DNA of 64,000 nucleotides from Felixounavirus LF110P1: sequence record OZ035744.1; one strand, 5' to 3'. Shown piece by piece: positions 39,034 to 46,749 of this stretch (position 1 is its first letter; each line of letters starts with the position of its first letter). The notes under the pieces were generated by a model. It saw only the letters and a program-made list of their open reading frames with translations, ran no database searches and was not told where the DNA came from. The position numbers and the translations under genes were made by a program.

Positions 39034-39360
39034 ATGCAGATTAATGGAAGAGATTTTGTAGCCGTTTACTACGAGAAAGATAAAGAGGTTGGTGTAGCAC
39101 AAGTAACTTACGGCAATGGTAAGTGGCTATATGGAACAATTGCAGTGGTCGGAACAAGAAGTGACACAAAAACTTTTAAAGATTGTGTTGACCTTCTTGA
39201 AGAATCCATTCAGAATCATTGGTGTCTGATATGGATGACTGACAACGAAGTGATAGAACGCTTCAAAAAGATTGATATCAGCATTGATAGTATTGAGCAT
39301 GTTGATTTATATGAGCTAACTGAGAAGGTAAACTATGAAAGTAATACTAGCCAGAGATAA
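39034..39360 (+). CDS. hypothetical protein
   Basis: 108 aa ORF. Confidence 0.4.
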   Translation: MQINGRDFVAVYYEKDKEVGVAQVTYGNGKWLYGTIAVVGTRSDTKTFKDCVDLLEESIQNHWCLIWMTDNEVIERFKKIDISIDSIEHVDLYELTEKVNYESNTSQR

Positions 39361-39562
39361 AAAGACACGAAAGCTTATCAGGTCAGCAGTGTTCATTGGA
39401 CGAAATGAGGTCATCCCATTTACAGCAAATGATGTGATAGCTTACAGGAAGAACTTAGTATTCACTGACTGCTTACGTGGCTTCATCTCTGAACCATTGG
39501 AAGACTTTAAAAGTCGTTGTGGTAAAGGTATCATCATTCAAGAGGCAATTATTCATGGCTGA
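39335..39562 (+). CDS. hypothetical protein
   Basis: 75 aa ORF. Confidence 0.35.
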   Translation: MKVILARDKKTRKLIRSAVFIGRNEVIPFTANDVIAYRKNLVFTDCLRGFISEPLEDFKSRCGKGIIIQEAIIHG

Positions 39563-39755
39563 CTTCTGTAAAGACTGTTCTATCGAAATGTTCGGACGTG
39601 ATACAGGTGACTTAAAAGGTCTTATCACTGAAGATGATTTTAAAGCTGGTTATGCAATGCCAGTAATCTGTGAAGGTTGTGGGTGCATCTGGGTAGACCA
39701 TGAGGGGCAACGTGTAAAACCTTCAGAAGATAAAGAATCTTGGGAGAGATGCTAA
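39555..39755 (+). CDS. zinc-ribbon protein (hypothetical)
   Basis: start at MADFCKDC; CKDC...CEGCGC cysteine pairs. Confidence 0.35.
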   Translation: MADFCKDCSIEMFGRDTGDLKGLITEDDFKAGYAMPVICEGCGCIWVDHEGQRVKPSEDKESWERC

Positions 39756-40541
39756 ATGGGTATTGTAAAAATCATCAATGGTGATATCTTTGCTGCATTT
39801 GATAAAGGTAAGTTTGACATCATTGGTCATGGTTGTAACTGCATGAACCTAATGGGCGCAGGTATCGCTGACAAGATTTCTAAACTTTACCCAAAAGCAT
39901 ATGAGACCGATACAGAAGTTTATCTCTATGCAGGTGGTATAGGTCACAAACCCTGTGAGAATTTACTAGGTAATTTCTCTGTAGCACGCTTAAAACAAGG
40001 TCGTATAGCTAACCTTTACACTCAGCTTAAGACTGGTAAAGATGCCCGATACAGTGCTTTAGAGTCATCTTTGAAACAGCTTAACAGATACTGTGAAGTT
40101 AATCAGTTGAAGAAAGTTGGTTTACCTATGATTGGTGCAGGTATCGGTGGACTTGACCCTCAAGCCATCACAGTTATCATCAATCAGGTGATGAAGAGTG
40201 TAGATGTTTATCTGTATGTCTATGAAGGCGAGATGTACCACAAGTTACGCTCAGGTTGGAAGAACTACTGTGAACCAGAATACTTTGCAGGTGTAGCAGT
40301 GTTCACAGATAACGCAGTTACCCTCTTCAGACGAAGAAAAGGTAAGATACATCAAAGTAACCCTCCGGTTGAAAAGATGTCTCTAAGTAACGCTCTAGTT
40401 ACCCACCTGTCAAAGAGCAATCACAGAATTGCTGTAACATTTGGTAGTGATGCAGAAGCTTATATCTATGCAAGAACTGATGAGGATATCGAGGCAATCT
40501 TCTCTTCACCAGAAGTTACCTTCTTAGACGCAAAGAACTAA
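39756..40541 (+). CDS. macro-domain protein (ADP-ribose binding/processing, candidate)
   Basis: N-terminus IINGDIFAAFDKGKFDIIGHGCNCMNLMGAGIADKI resembles the macro-domain core. Confidence 0.55.
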   Translation: MGIVKIINGDIFAAFDKGKFDIIGHGCNCMNLMGAGIADKISKLYPKAYETDTEVYLYAGGIGHKPCENLLGNFSVARLKQGRIANLYTQLKTGKDARYSALESSLKQLNRYCEVNQLKKVGLPMIGAGIGGLDPQAITVIINQVMKSVDVYLYVYEGEMYHKLRSGWKNYCEPEYFAGVAVFTDNAVTLFRRRKGKIHQSNPPVEKMSLSNALVTHLSKSNHRIAVTFGSDAEAYIYARTDEDIEAIFSSPEVTFLDAKN

Positions 40542-40609
40542 GAAACTCTGTAGTATATTCACAATAGCCTAAGCCTTTCTTATCTGGTAAATTTTTCAGG
40601 TAAGGAGGG

Positions 40610-40800
40610 CTTTTTCATTTTAGAATTGTGCAGGTAGAGTTCTGTAGAGAAATCTGTAGAGAGAATTTTGAACTCCAAAGAGAAAATTCATTTTCAAACT
40701 GTGCAGGTAATCTCCAAAGAGCTTTTTCATTTTCAAAACGTGCAGACCCCGCTCAGGTCGGGCAAGAAAAATCATTTTAGAATTGTGCAGGTAGGTTTTT
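40610..40800. repeat. four direct repeats of about 23 nt (TCATTTT[AG/CA]AA[TT/CT/AC]GTGCAGGTA)
   Basis: copies at about 40614, 40688, 40727 and 40772, followed by a C/T-rich tract; track ORFs here are low-complexity and probably spurious. Confidence 0.6.
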
Positions 40801-40969
40801 ATAGACAGCCAGCCCAACACCTCTCCCCCTCTTACTCCCCCTCTCCCAAAAAGTCAAGAGAAAAATTTGTAGCGGATTGAAAAATAATTCTTGATTTGCG
40901 TTCTGTTTTGTGGTAGTCGTGCGCACCCGTTTCATTACAGTTTTGCCAAAAATATTTTTAAAATTTTTA

Positions 40970-40998
40970 TTGACTCTTTGAACGTGGTTATCTAATAT
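40970..40998 (+). promoter_or_regulatory. sigma70-like promoter for first gene of small-gene array
   Basis: TTGACT - 17 nt - TAATAT. Confidence 0.5.
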
Positions 40999-41004
40999 TT
41001 ACAT

Positions 41005-41039
41005 CAACGGGGAGGGAATGACCTTCCCCACTAAATAAA
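41005..41039 (+). repeat. type-A intergenic module copy 1 (hairpin CAACGGGGAGGGAATGACCTTCCCCACTAAATAAA plus conserved RBS)
   Basis: six near-identical copies, each directly upstream of a small ORF. Confidence 0.8.
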
Positions 41040-41061
41040 ATCCTAAACTGGAGATTCAAAA

Positions 41062-41250
41062 ATGGCATCAAGAAAAATTAAAGTTGGCGATGAGGTTAAC
41101 ATTAAGCACGAATACTCTTACAAAATGCTAACTATACGCTCTTATAAGGTTTATCAGGTGGAAGCTATCCACAAAGATAATACTTTTTCCTTAAAAGGGT
41201 ATAGCGAACGTTTCCCTGCTGAACTCTTTGAGAAATGGAGCGCGAAATAA
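41062..41250 (+). CDS. hypothetical small protein (array gene 1)
   Basis: 62 aa; preceded by type-A module and RBS CTGGAGATT. Confidence 0.5.
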   Translation: MASRKIKVGDEVNIKHEYSYKMLTIRSYKVYQVEAIHKDNTFSLKGYSERFPAELFEKWSAK

Positions 41251-41456
41251 TGCTTTACAGTCGTGAATTGATGGTTACAACTAACGTTAACACAAAGGTA
41301 AAACGTTTTTACATGCAAATTTGTGGCGTATGGTCTAGAATATCAGAAGCTGACTATTGCAACTATGTAGAAACAGCTATAAACTCTAATTGCTACCTTA
41401 CAAGAAATACTAAGAATTTTACAAGGCAAACAGCGATTTACTATTACGATAAATAA
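41250..41456 (+). CDS. hypothetical small protein (array gene 2)
   Basis: start at ATG overlapping stop of gene 1. Confidence 0.4.
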   Translation: MLYSRELMVTTNVNTKVKRFYMQICGVWSRISEADYCNYVETAINSNCYLTRNTKNFTRQTAIYYYDK

Positions 41457-41516
41457 AAGTACTTTACATGGGGCTTATAGTTCGATAAAGTAAGCCCCAG
41501 ATAAAGAGCTTTACCA
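41457..41516 (+). repeat. type-B intergenic module copy 1 (AGTACTTTACA-GGGGCTTA...TAAGCCCC-AGATAAAGAGCTTTACCA)
   Basis: 8-bp perfect stem hairpin; five copies, each between array genes. Confidence 0.8.
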
Positions 41517-41545
41517 AATTAACCCTTAAACTAGGAGATTCAAAA

Positions 41546-41929
41546 ATGGCATATCGTGCACCTAAATTCATCAACAAAGACAACTTTCGCAACGCACTGG
41601 AGAAGTCACTTGATGAAAATTTTAAAGGCAACATTATCGTTGTTCACGCATTCAATTTTAAGTATGATGTAAACGGGAATAGAATCAACCATTACACGGC
41701 AACCATGTTAGATGGCACACTATCAAGTGAAAAAGCCGTACTAAATGCACTGGCAGGACGTGGAAAGGTATTAGTAAGATGTGATAAGAGACGTTATCAG
41801 GGCGGTGCATATGGTTATGATGATGCTGTTTACCATCTTGAAAATATGGGCTATCAAGTAGAAAAAGCTGGAGCATCACAAATCATCGGCAGCGATGGTT
41901 ATGTAACTATCTTCAAAATTAACAAATAA
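41546..41929 (+). CDS. hypothetical protein (array gene 3)
   Basis: 127 aa; ends ...KINK inside the conserved 3' module. Confidence 0.5.
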   Translation: MAYRAPKFINKDNFRNALEKSLDENFKGNIIVVHAFNFKYDVNGNRINHYTATMLDGTLSSEKAVLNALAGRGKVLVRCDKRRYQGGAYGYDDAVYHLENMGYQVEKAGASQIIGSDGYVTIFKINK

Positions 41930-41990
41930 AGTACTTTACAAGGGGCTTATAGTTCGATAAAGTAAGCCCCAGATAAAGAGCTTTACCACT
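41930..41990 (+). repeat. type-B intergenic module copy 2
   Basis: near-identical to copy 1. Confidence 0.8.
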
Positions 41991-42015
41991 AAATCCTAAA
42001 TTGGAGAACTTAAAA

Positions 42016-42309
42016 ATGGCTATTATCAAAAACGTTGTAATTACTGCAAAGACTCGTGATGACGCTCGCGTTATGGCTAAAAAGTTATGCGGGAAAGTGG
42101 TTGACAACGGAAAACAATCTGCTGTAAGGTGGGGCGTGAAGGTTGATAAACAGTTGAAGTTAAAAAATTCACCGATAAACCTTTTTACATGTGTAAACAC
42201 TATCGGGAAGACAAATGTATACACGAAAAAGGCATACATTAGACGCGTAGCATTAACATCCCCCATTCGTACAATGAGAAGTTATGCAAAGCTGAAAATT
42301 AACAAATAA
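42016..42309 (+). CDS. hypothetical protein (array gene 4)
   Basis: start at MAIIKN; ends ...KINK. Confidence 0.5.
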   Translation: MAIIKNVVITAKTRDDARVMAKKLCGKVVDNGKQSAVRWGVKVDKQLKLKNSPINLFTCVNTIGKTNVYTKKAYIRRVALTSPIRTMRSYAKLKINK

Positions 42310-42368
42310 AGTACTTTACAGGGGGCTTAAAAGCTGATACCTTAAGCCCCAGATAAAGAGCTTTACCA
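42310..42368 (+). repeat. type-B intergenic module copy 3
   Basis: GGGGGCTTAAAAGCTGATACCTTAAGCCCC hairpin variant. Confidence 0.75.
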
Positions 42369-42394
42369 ATCAATCCTAAACTGGAGATTCAAAA

Positions 42395-42907
42395 ATGAAA
42401 ACTGTAGACGCTACCTTTGAAGTTGTAAAAGAAAAATTCACTATTATTTATGAAGCTGTCAATTGCTTTGAAGCAAGCCATAATCTTGATAATTGGGAAT
42501 TTACAGATGACCATCAAGGCGGTGTGACGATTAAAAATCCTAACTATCAGCGTAATGAATTTAAATATGCAATCCCTTTACATTACAGCCTTAAACAGCT
42601 TTCAAGTGACTATGCAAAACAAGGCCGGGCAAATCCATCAAAAGAGGCTTACATCAGCTTACAGAAAGAACTAGAAAGAGATTTAGAGGCTTCAGAATAT
42701 AACATTGCCGCGAAAGTTGTAGATGCAAATGGCAGCACTGTTTTAGAAAGTTTTTATATTGGTTACGCTTTCGATTGGTGCTACAGTGACGGCGATGATT
42801 TAGAGGATAGGCTAAAAGAAGAGGTGAACAACGCAGACGCAGAATCTGAAGTATTAGAACGTTTGGAATCGTTGAAAGACTCAGTGATGAATATCTTTAA
42901 GAACTAA
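42395..42907 (+). CDS. hypothetical acidic protein (array gene 5)
   Basis: 170 aa. Confidence 0.5.
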   Translation: MKTVDATFEVVKEKFTIIYEAVNCFEASHNLDNWEFTDDHQGGVTIKNPNYQRNEFKYAIPLHYSLKQLSSDYAKQGRANPSKEAYISLQKELERDLEASEYNIAAKVVDANGSTVLESFYIGYAFDWCYSDGDDLEDRLKEEVNNADAESEVLERLESLKDSVMNIFKN

Positions 42908-42911
42908 ATAG

Positions 42912-42970
42912 ATTCCTTTACACGGGGTTATCAAGCTGGTAGGATAGCCCCAGATAAAGAGATTTATCAA
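42912..42970 (+). repeat. type-B intergenic module copy 4 (divergent)
   Basis: CACGGGGTTATCAAGCTGGTAGGATAGCCCCAGATAAAGAG. Confidence 0.6.
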
Positions 42971-42999
42971 ATAAAGCCCTTAAACTAGGAGATTCTAAA

Positions 43000-43296
43000 A
43001 TGAAATTATCAAATAAAGTCCGTGAAAATTTAAGCAAGTTACTTAATAAAATTGATTTCATTGAAACATCAAGAAATAGTCATGATGTTATGGAATGGTT
43101 ACACGGAAAAATCAAAGGCCGTCGTGTAGTGATTTGCTTATGGAACAGTTGCAGGGAGTATAAAAAACCTGTATTGCAAGTCAATATTTATGATGATACT
43201 TTTAAAAGTCCTGTAAAGTCTAAAAGCGATTTATTAGAATCTTATGAGATATCTGTAAGTGGCAAAGTATCACGTAAAGAGGAAACACCATGTTAA
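43000..43296 (+). CDS. hypothetical protein (array gene 6)
   Basis: 98 aa. Confidence 0.45.
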   Translation: MKLSNKVRENLSKLLNKIDFIETSRNSHDVMEWLHGKIKGRRVVICLWNSCREYKKPVLQVNIYDDTFKSPVKSKSDLLESYEISVSGKVSRKEETPC

Positions 43297-43622
43297 TGAC
43301 TGGTATCACTGCAATCATTGCCATTTTCGCTCTATATAAGGCATATAAAGCCTATAATCTAGCAAATAAGGCAACCACCCAGCAGGTTAGCAATAGCCTT
43401 GTAGAAAGCTTTCTAGGGCGTTTAAGTGATGAGCAAATAAAGCGGCTAGAGATGAGCTTCAGATATAAAGCGAAAACCTATCAGATAAGTGACATCTTCA
43501 AAGATAATTTTCAGTTAGTTGATGATTATAATTCTCTGATAAATGCTTTAAATGTCAGTGACTTAAAAGACTACTACGCTGTAATTGTTCAAGAATTGAG
43601 CAAACGAAAACAAAACTGTTGA
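43290..43622 (+). CDS. hypothetical protein (array gene 7)
   Basis: 110 aa; N-terminal hydrophobic segment. Confidence 0.45.
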   Translation: MLMTGITAIIAIFALYKAYKAYNLANKATTQQVSNSLVESFLGRLSDEQIKRLEMSFRYKAKTYQISDIFKDNFQLVDDYNSLINALNVSDLKDYYAVIVQELSKRKQNC

Positions 43623-43647
43623 CACTGGTTTTTAGATAGATTAAATT
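43619..43647 (+). promoter_or_regulatory. sigma70-like promoter
   Basis: TTGACA - 17 nt - TAAATT just upstream of type-A module copy 2. Confidence 0.5.
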
Positions 43648-43653
43648 ACACAT

Positions 43654-43688
43654 CAACGGGGAGGGAATGACCTTCCCCACTAAATAAA
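43654..43688 (+). repeat. type-A intergenic module copy 2
   Basis: CAACGGGGAGGGAATGACCTTCCCCACTAAATAAA. Confidence 0.8.
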
Positions 43689-43711
43689 GTCCTAAACTGG
43701 AGATTCTGAAA

Positions 43712-43915
43712 ATGGCTATTATTAATGGTTTAACCATTGAAACTACACACATCAAAGATATCAAAGTTGGCGATATAGTCCTTTCCCACGGCGTAGAAAA
43801 AACTGTCACTGCAAAGGATATCAAAGAGGATTCTTTCATGGGAAGGACTCTCTTCGGTGATTCTTATTGCTTAGGCTATCTTGCAGTTTTAAAAGTTGTC
43901 AAAAATAACAAATAA
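43712..43915 (+). CDS. hypothetical small protein (array gene 8)
   Basis: 67 aa; IKVGD motif shared with array gene 1. Confidence 0.5.
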   Translation: MAIINGLTIETTHIKDIKVGDIVLSHGVEKTVTAKDIKEDSFMGRTLFGDSYCLGYLAVLKVVKNNK

Positions 43916-43916
43916 A

Positions 43917-43975
43917 GTACTTTACAAGGGGCTTATAAGTCTGTAAAGTAAGCCCCAGATAAAGAGCTTTACCAC
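43917..43975 (+). repeat. type-B intergenic module copy 5
   Basis: near-identical to copy 1. Confidence 0.8.
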
Positions 43976-44002
43976 TAAATCCTTAAACTAGGAGATTCAA
44001 AA

Positions 44003-44545
44003 ATGAAATGCTATCACGGAACTACTCAAGAAAATTTCCTCAACCTGATTAATAACGGTGATAAACCATCAGGCGCATGGAATTGTTCGGATATGGACGG
44101 CAATTTTTACGTGTATCCAGAAAATAAAATCTATGGCGACGATGAGGAAGAAATAGCATCAGAGGGCATTCAGCAAGCTCTAGGCAATGCCACTATCACC
44201 GCAGCTTTTCAGATGAAGACTCAAAATATTGTTATCTTAGAACTCGATATTCCAGAGGATGAGCTAAATGATGATTATTCTTGTGATAATATGTCGAGTG
44301 TAGCAAGTTTTACAGAGTACTTTGATGTAAATTGGATTAAAAAGGTCTATACAACAGAGTTTAACGCTATGTATTCACCTTTTTGTCTTCCTTCATTGGA
44401 TAACCCAAATTTAAACTATCTTGATGAGTCTCTGGAGCTTCTTGCTAAAAGTGTTCAACAGTCAGACAGTATTCAGGTTTTTTGTGACATCATGGATACA
44501 CTGACAGGAAACATCGCAGAAGAGGATTTAAAGAGCTTTTTCTAA
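44003..44545 (+). CDS. diphtheria-toxin-like ADP-ribosyltransferase domain protein (candidate; H-Y-E class)
   Basis: N-terminal CYHGTT (H-G-T motif), tyrosines in GNFYVYPENKIY, and TEYFDVNW resembling the catalytic-Glu segment VEYINNWEQ of diphtheria toxin; about 180 aa. Confidence 0.45.
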   Translation: MKCYHGTTQENFLNLINNGDKPSGAWNCSDMDGNFYVYPENKIYGDDEEEIASEGIQQALGNATITAAFQMKTQNIVILELDIPEDELNDDYSCDNMSSVASFTEYFDVNWIKKVYTTEFNAMYSPFCLPSLDNPNLNYLDESLELLAKSVQQSDSIQVFCDIMDTLTGNIAEEDLKSFF

Positions 44546-44577
44546 AAACCTATGCAATCACCTTATAAACACTAATC

Positions 44578-44598
44578 AGCCCCTTGTAGGGGCTTTTA
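44578..44598 (+). terminator. rho-independent terminator / hairpin
   Basis: AGCCCCTTGTAGGGGCT then TTT. Confidence 0.45.
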
Positions 44599-44611
44599 GG
44601 AGGCTTAAATC

Positions 44612-44845
44612 ATGCTTACAACCGTTTATCTCATCCTTTCTATTTGTAACGGTCATTCATGCGATTTTAAAGGGCTTGAGGAGTTTACAGGGAGTAAAGA
44701 AAATGCTGTTCAAGTTTGCCAGATAGCAAGGCAAGACTATCCCGCCAGTGATGATATACAATGTTACTTTAAGACAGAAGATGACGACGGAATCTATTTC
44801 GACAGTGTTGACGGTCAATATGAAATTATCATTGAAAAAGACTAG
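44612..44845 (+). CDS. hypothetical small protein (array gene 10)
   Basis: 77 aa. Confidence 0.45.
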   Translation: MLTTVYLILSICNGHSCDFKGLEEFTGSKENAVQVCQIARQDYPASDDIQCYFKTEDDDGIYFDSVDGQYEIIIEKD

Positions 44846-44878
44846 ACAAGCCTGATAAAAGTCTGTAAATTGTCAATC

Positions 44879-44913
44879 AACGGGGAGGGAATGACCTTCC
44901 CCACTAAATAAAG
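44879..44913 (+). repeat. type-A intergenic module copy 3
   Basis: CAACGGGGAGGGAATGACCTTCCCCACTAAATAAA. Confidence 0.8.
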
Positions 44914-44936
44914 TCCTTAAACTAGGAGATTCAAAA

Positions 44937-45278
44937 ATGGCTTATGTAACCGTAATTACCGATAAAGCTGGCGCATCTTGGTCAACTCAAGTAAGTGATA
45001 AGATGTCACCTATGCAGTGCCTAAAATACTTTGAACAGTGGAACAAAGGCGAGGACACAAGCCCCTTTCAAGTGATGCAGATTATCCATGTAGATAACGA
45101 AGGGAATAAAACGGTTTTAAATAGTGAGTACTACGCAAGCCGTTTTGAAACGAGAAGTAAAACAATGAAGCTTTTACGTGAATCCGGTTATGCCCATATC
45201 GCCGCGTTAATCTGGGATGACCTGCTAAAAAACCAACGTATCAGCTATGTAAAACCTGAAAAAATATTCATCAGTTAA
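44937..45278 (+). CDS. hypothetical protein (array gene 11)
   Basis: 113 aa. Confidence 0.5.
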   Translation: MAYVTVITDKAGASWSTQVSDKMSPMQCLKYFEQWNKGEDTSPFQVMQIIHVDNEGNKTVLNSEYYASRFETRSKTMKLLRESGYAHIAALIWDDLLKNQRISYVKPEKIFIS

Positions 45279-45442
45279 TCAATAACTTACAAAAAACTTT
45301 TAAAAAAATGTTGACAATACCCCTTGACATTGGTAACTTTGTTCGAGGGGGTTTATCTAAAAGGGATTCACTTAAAAGATTCTTTATAGATAAGCTCAAA
45401 AAATTACTTGCAATCAACTATCAAAACAAGTAAATTACTAAT

Positions 45443-45477
45443 CAACGGGAAGGCAATAACCTCCCCACTAAATAAAG
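45443..45477 (+). repeat. type-A intergenic module copy 4 (variant)
   Basis: CAACGGGAAGGCAATAACCTCCCCACTAAATAAA. Confidence 0.75.
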
Positions 45478-45498
45478 TCCTAAACTGGAGATTCTAAA

Positions 45499-46029
45499 AT
45501 GAACAAATTTCAAGCTATCAACTTCATTCGTTCAAATGCTGTAATGTCTAAGCCTGTAAAAGATACATACGAATTCCGTTGTAATGGGGTACATTTCGCA
45601 ACAATCACCAAATCAGAAAACGGGGCTTATTACGTTCATCGTCGTAATGTTTCAACCGTTGTAGTCTCTCACTTTATGCAAGCTGTAGCGGAATTATTAC
45701 CGTTATTCTTAGAGATTTACTTAGATGAGTGTAAAAACGTTCACAACCACGTTAAAAGCCTTTTAAACGGTTATAAAATGGCTTATGAACGTTCTATCAA
45801 GTCACTAAACAAGTTTTACAATGCACCTGCAAATACTGTTTCAATGGCTTATGATGTAAACGGTGAGTTAGTTAGTCTCTTTAAAGTGGAAGAAATTAAA
45901 CTGTATAATCTACGTCCTAGTGGTTACTCTAAGACTCTTGGTGAAGGTTTAACGTTCAATATCAAGAACTTAGAAAAAACTTTAAAAGATATTGAAAAAG
46001 ATATTGACGAGACAATAAAAAGTCTGTAA
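45499..46029 (+). CDS. hypothetical protein (array gene 12)
   Basis: 176 aa. Confidence 0.5.
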   Translation: MNKFQAINFIRSNAVMSKPVKDTYEFRCNGVHFATITKSENGAYYVHRRNVSTVVVSHFMQAVAELLPLFLEIYLDECKNVHNHVKSLLNGYKMAYERSIKSLNKFYNAPANTVSMAYDVNGELVSLFKVEEIKLYNLRPSGYSKTLGEGLTFNIKNLEKTLKDIEKDIDETIKSL

Positions 46030-46038
46030 ATTGTCAAT

Positions 46039-46073
46039 CAACGGGGAGGGAATGACCTTCCCCACTAAATAAA
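46039..46073 (+). repeat. type-A intergenic module copy 5
   Basis: identical core to copy 1. Confidence 0.8.
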
Positions 46074-46095
46074 ATCCTAAACTGGAGTTATCAAG

Positions 46096-46359
46096 ATGGA
46101 AAACGTAGAATTAACCACACTTTTACAAATTGCAACTGACAAAGAAGATGTAGCACTGTTTCACCGTATCGAAAGCGATTTATTCAATGGTGAAATCATC
46201 AAAGAATCTTATGAAGTTGTCGGATTCAAAGATGGTAAAGCGTTTGGCTTTTTTGACCTCGACAAAGGCAACGCTGTCACAAAGTATGATGTTGTATCTT
46301 GTGAGATTCTTACAAAATACAACGAAAAAAGGCTTGCAACATACGCCAATATGCAGTAA
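46096..46359 (+). CDS. hypothetical small protein (array gene 13)
   Basis: 87 aa. Confidence 0.5.
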   Translation: MENVELTTLLQIATDKEDVALFHRIESDLFNGEIIKESYEVVGFKDGKAFGFFDLDKGNAVTKYDVVSCEILTKYNEKRLATYANMQ

Positions 46360-46368
46360 ATTACTAAT

Positions 46369-46402
46369 CAACGGGAGGCGATAACCTCCCCACTAAATAA
46401 AA
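46369..46402 (+). repeat. type-A intergenic module copy 6 (variant)
   Basis: CAACGGGAGGCGATAACCTCCCCACTAAATAAA. Confidence 0.75.
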
Positions 46403-46425
46403 CCCTTAAACTAGGAGATTCAAAA

Positions 46426-46674
46426 ATGGCAACTATCCGCGCTACTGTCAATGCCTATGGCTGTTATACTCTGGACGTTAAATTCGATATTGGTGGAACT
46501 GATGAGTGTTTTTCATTAGTGAAGACAGTTATCAAACAAGTTATTCCAGATTATAACCCTACTGATGACTTCTGGAAAGATGCTGTAAAAGAGGCATTAA
46601 ACGACGAGCATCACTATCATTACTGGGGTGACTTGATTGTTTCCCTGTACTACAATAAACAAGGTTACAACTAA
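46426..46674 (+). CDS. hypothetical small protein (array gene 14)
   Basis: 82 aa. Confidence 0.5.
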   Translation: MATIRATVNAYGCYTLDVKFDIGGTDECFSLVKTVIKQVIPDYNPTDDFWKDAVKEALNDEHHYHYWGDLIVSLYYNKQGYN

Positions 46675-46712
46675 TCGACGCAGCGGGGCTAAATAGCCCC
46701 AGATACCTGAAC

Positions 46713-46738
46713 AGCCCCTATTTAAAGGGGCTTTTTTA
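46713..46738 (+). terminator. rho-independent terminator
   Basis: AGCCCCTATTTAAAGGGGCT then TTTTTT; a second hairpin CGGGGCTAAATAGCCCC just upstream. Confidence 0.6.
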
Positions 46739-46749
46739 CGTCTATCGAA

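Noticed and set aside
40620-40880. Track ORFs 40620-40820 (minus) and 40668-40880 (plus) as genes
   Set aside because: They lie entirely within the direct-repeat and polypyrimidine tract, are low-complexity, lack RBS context and overlap each other on opposite strands.
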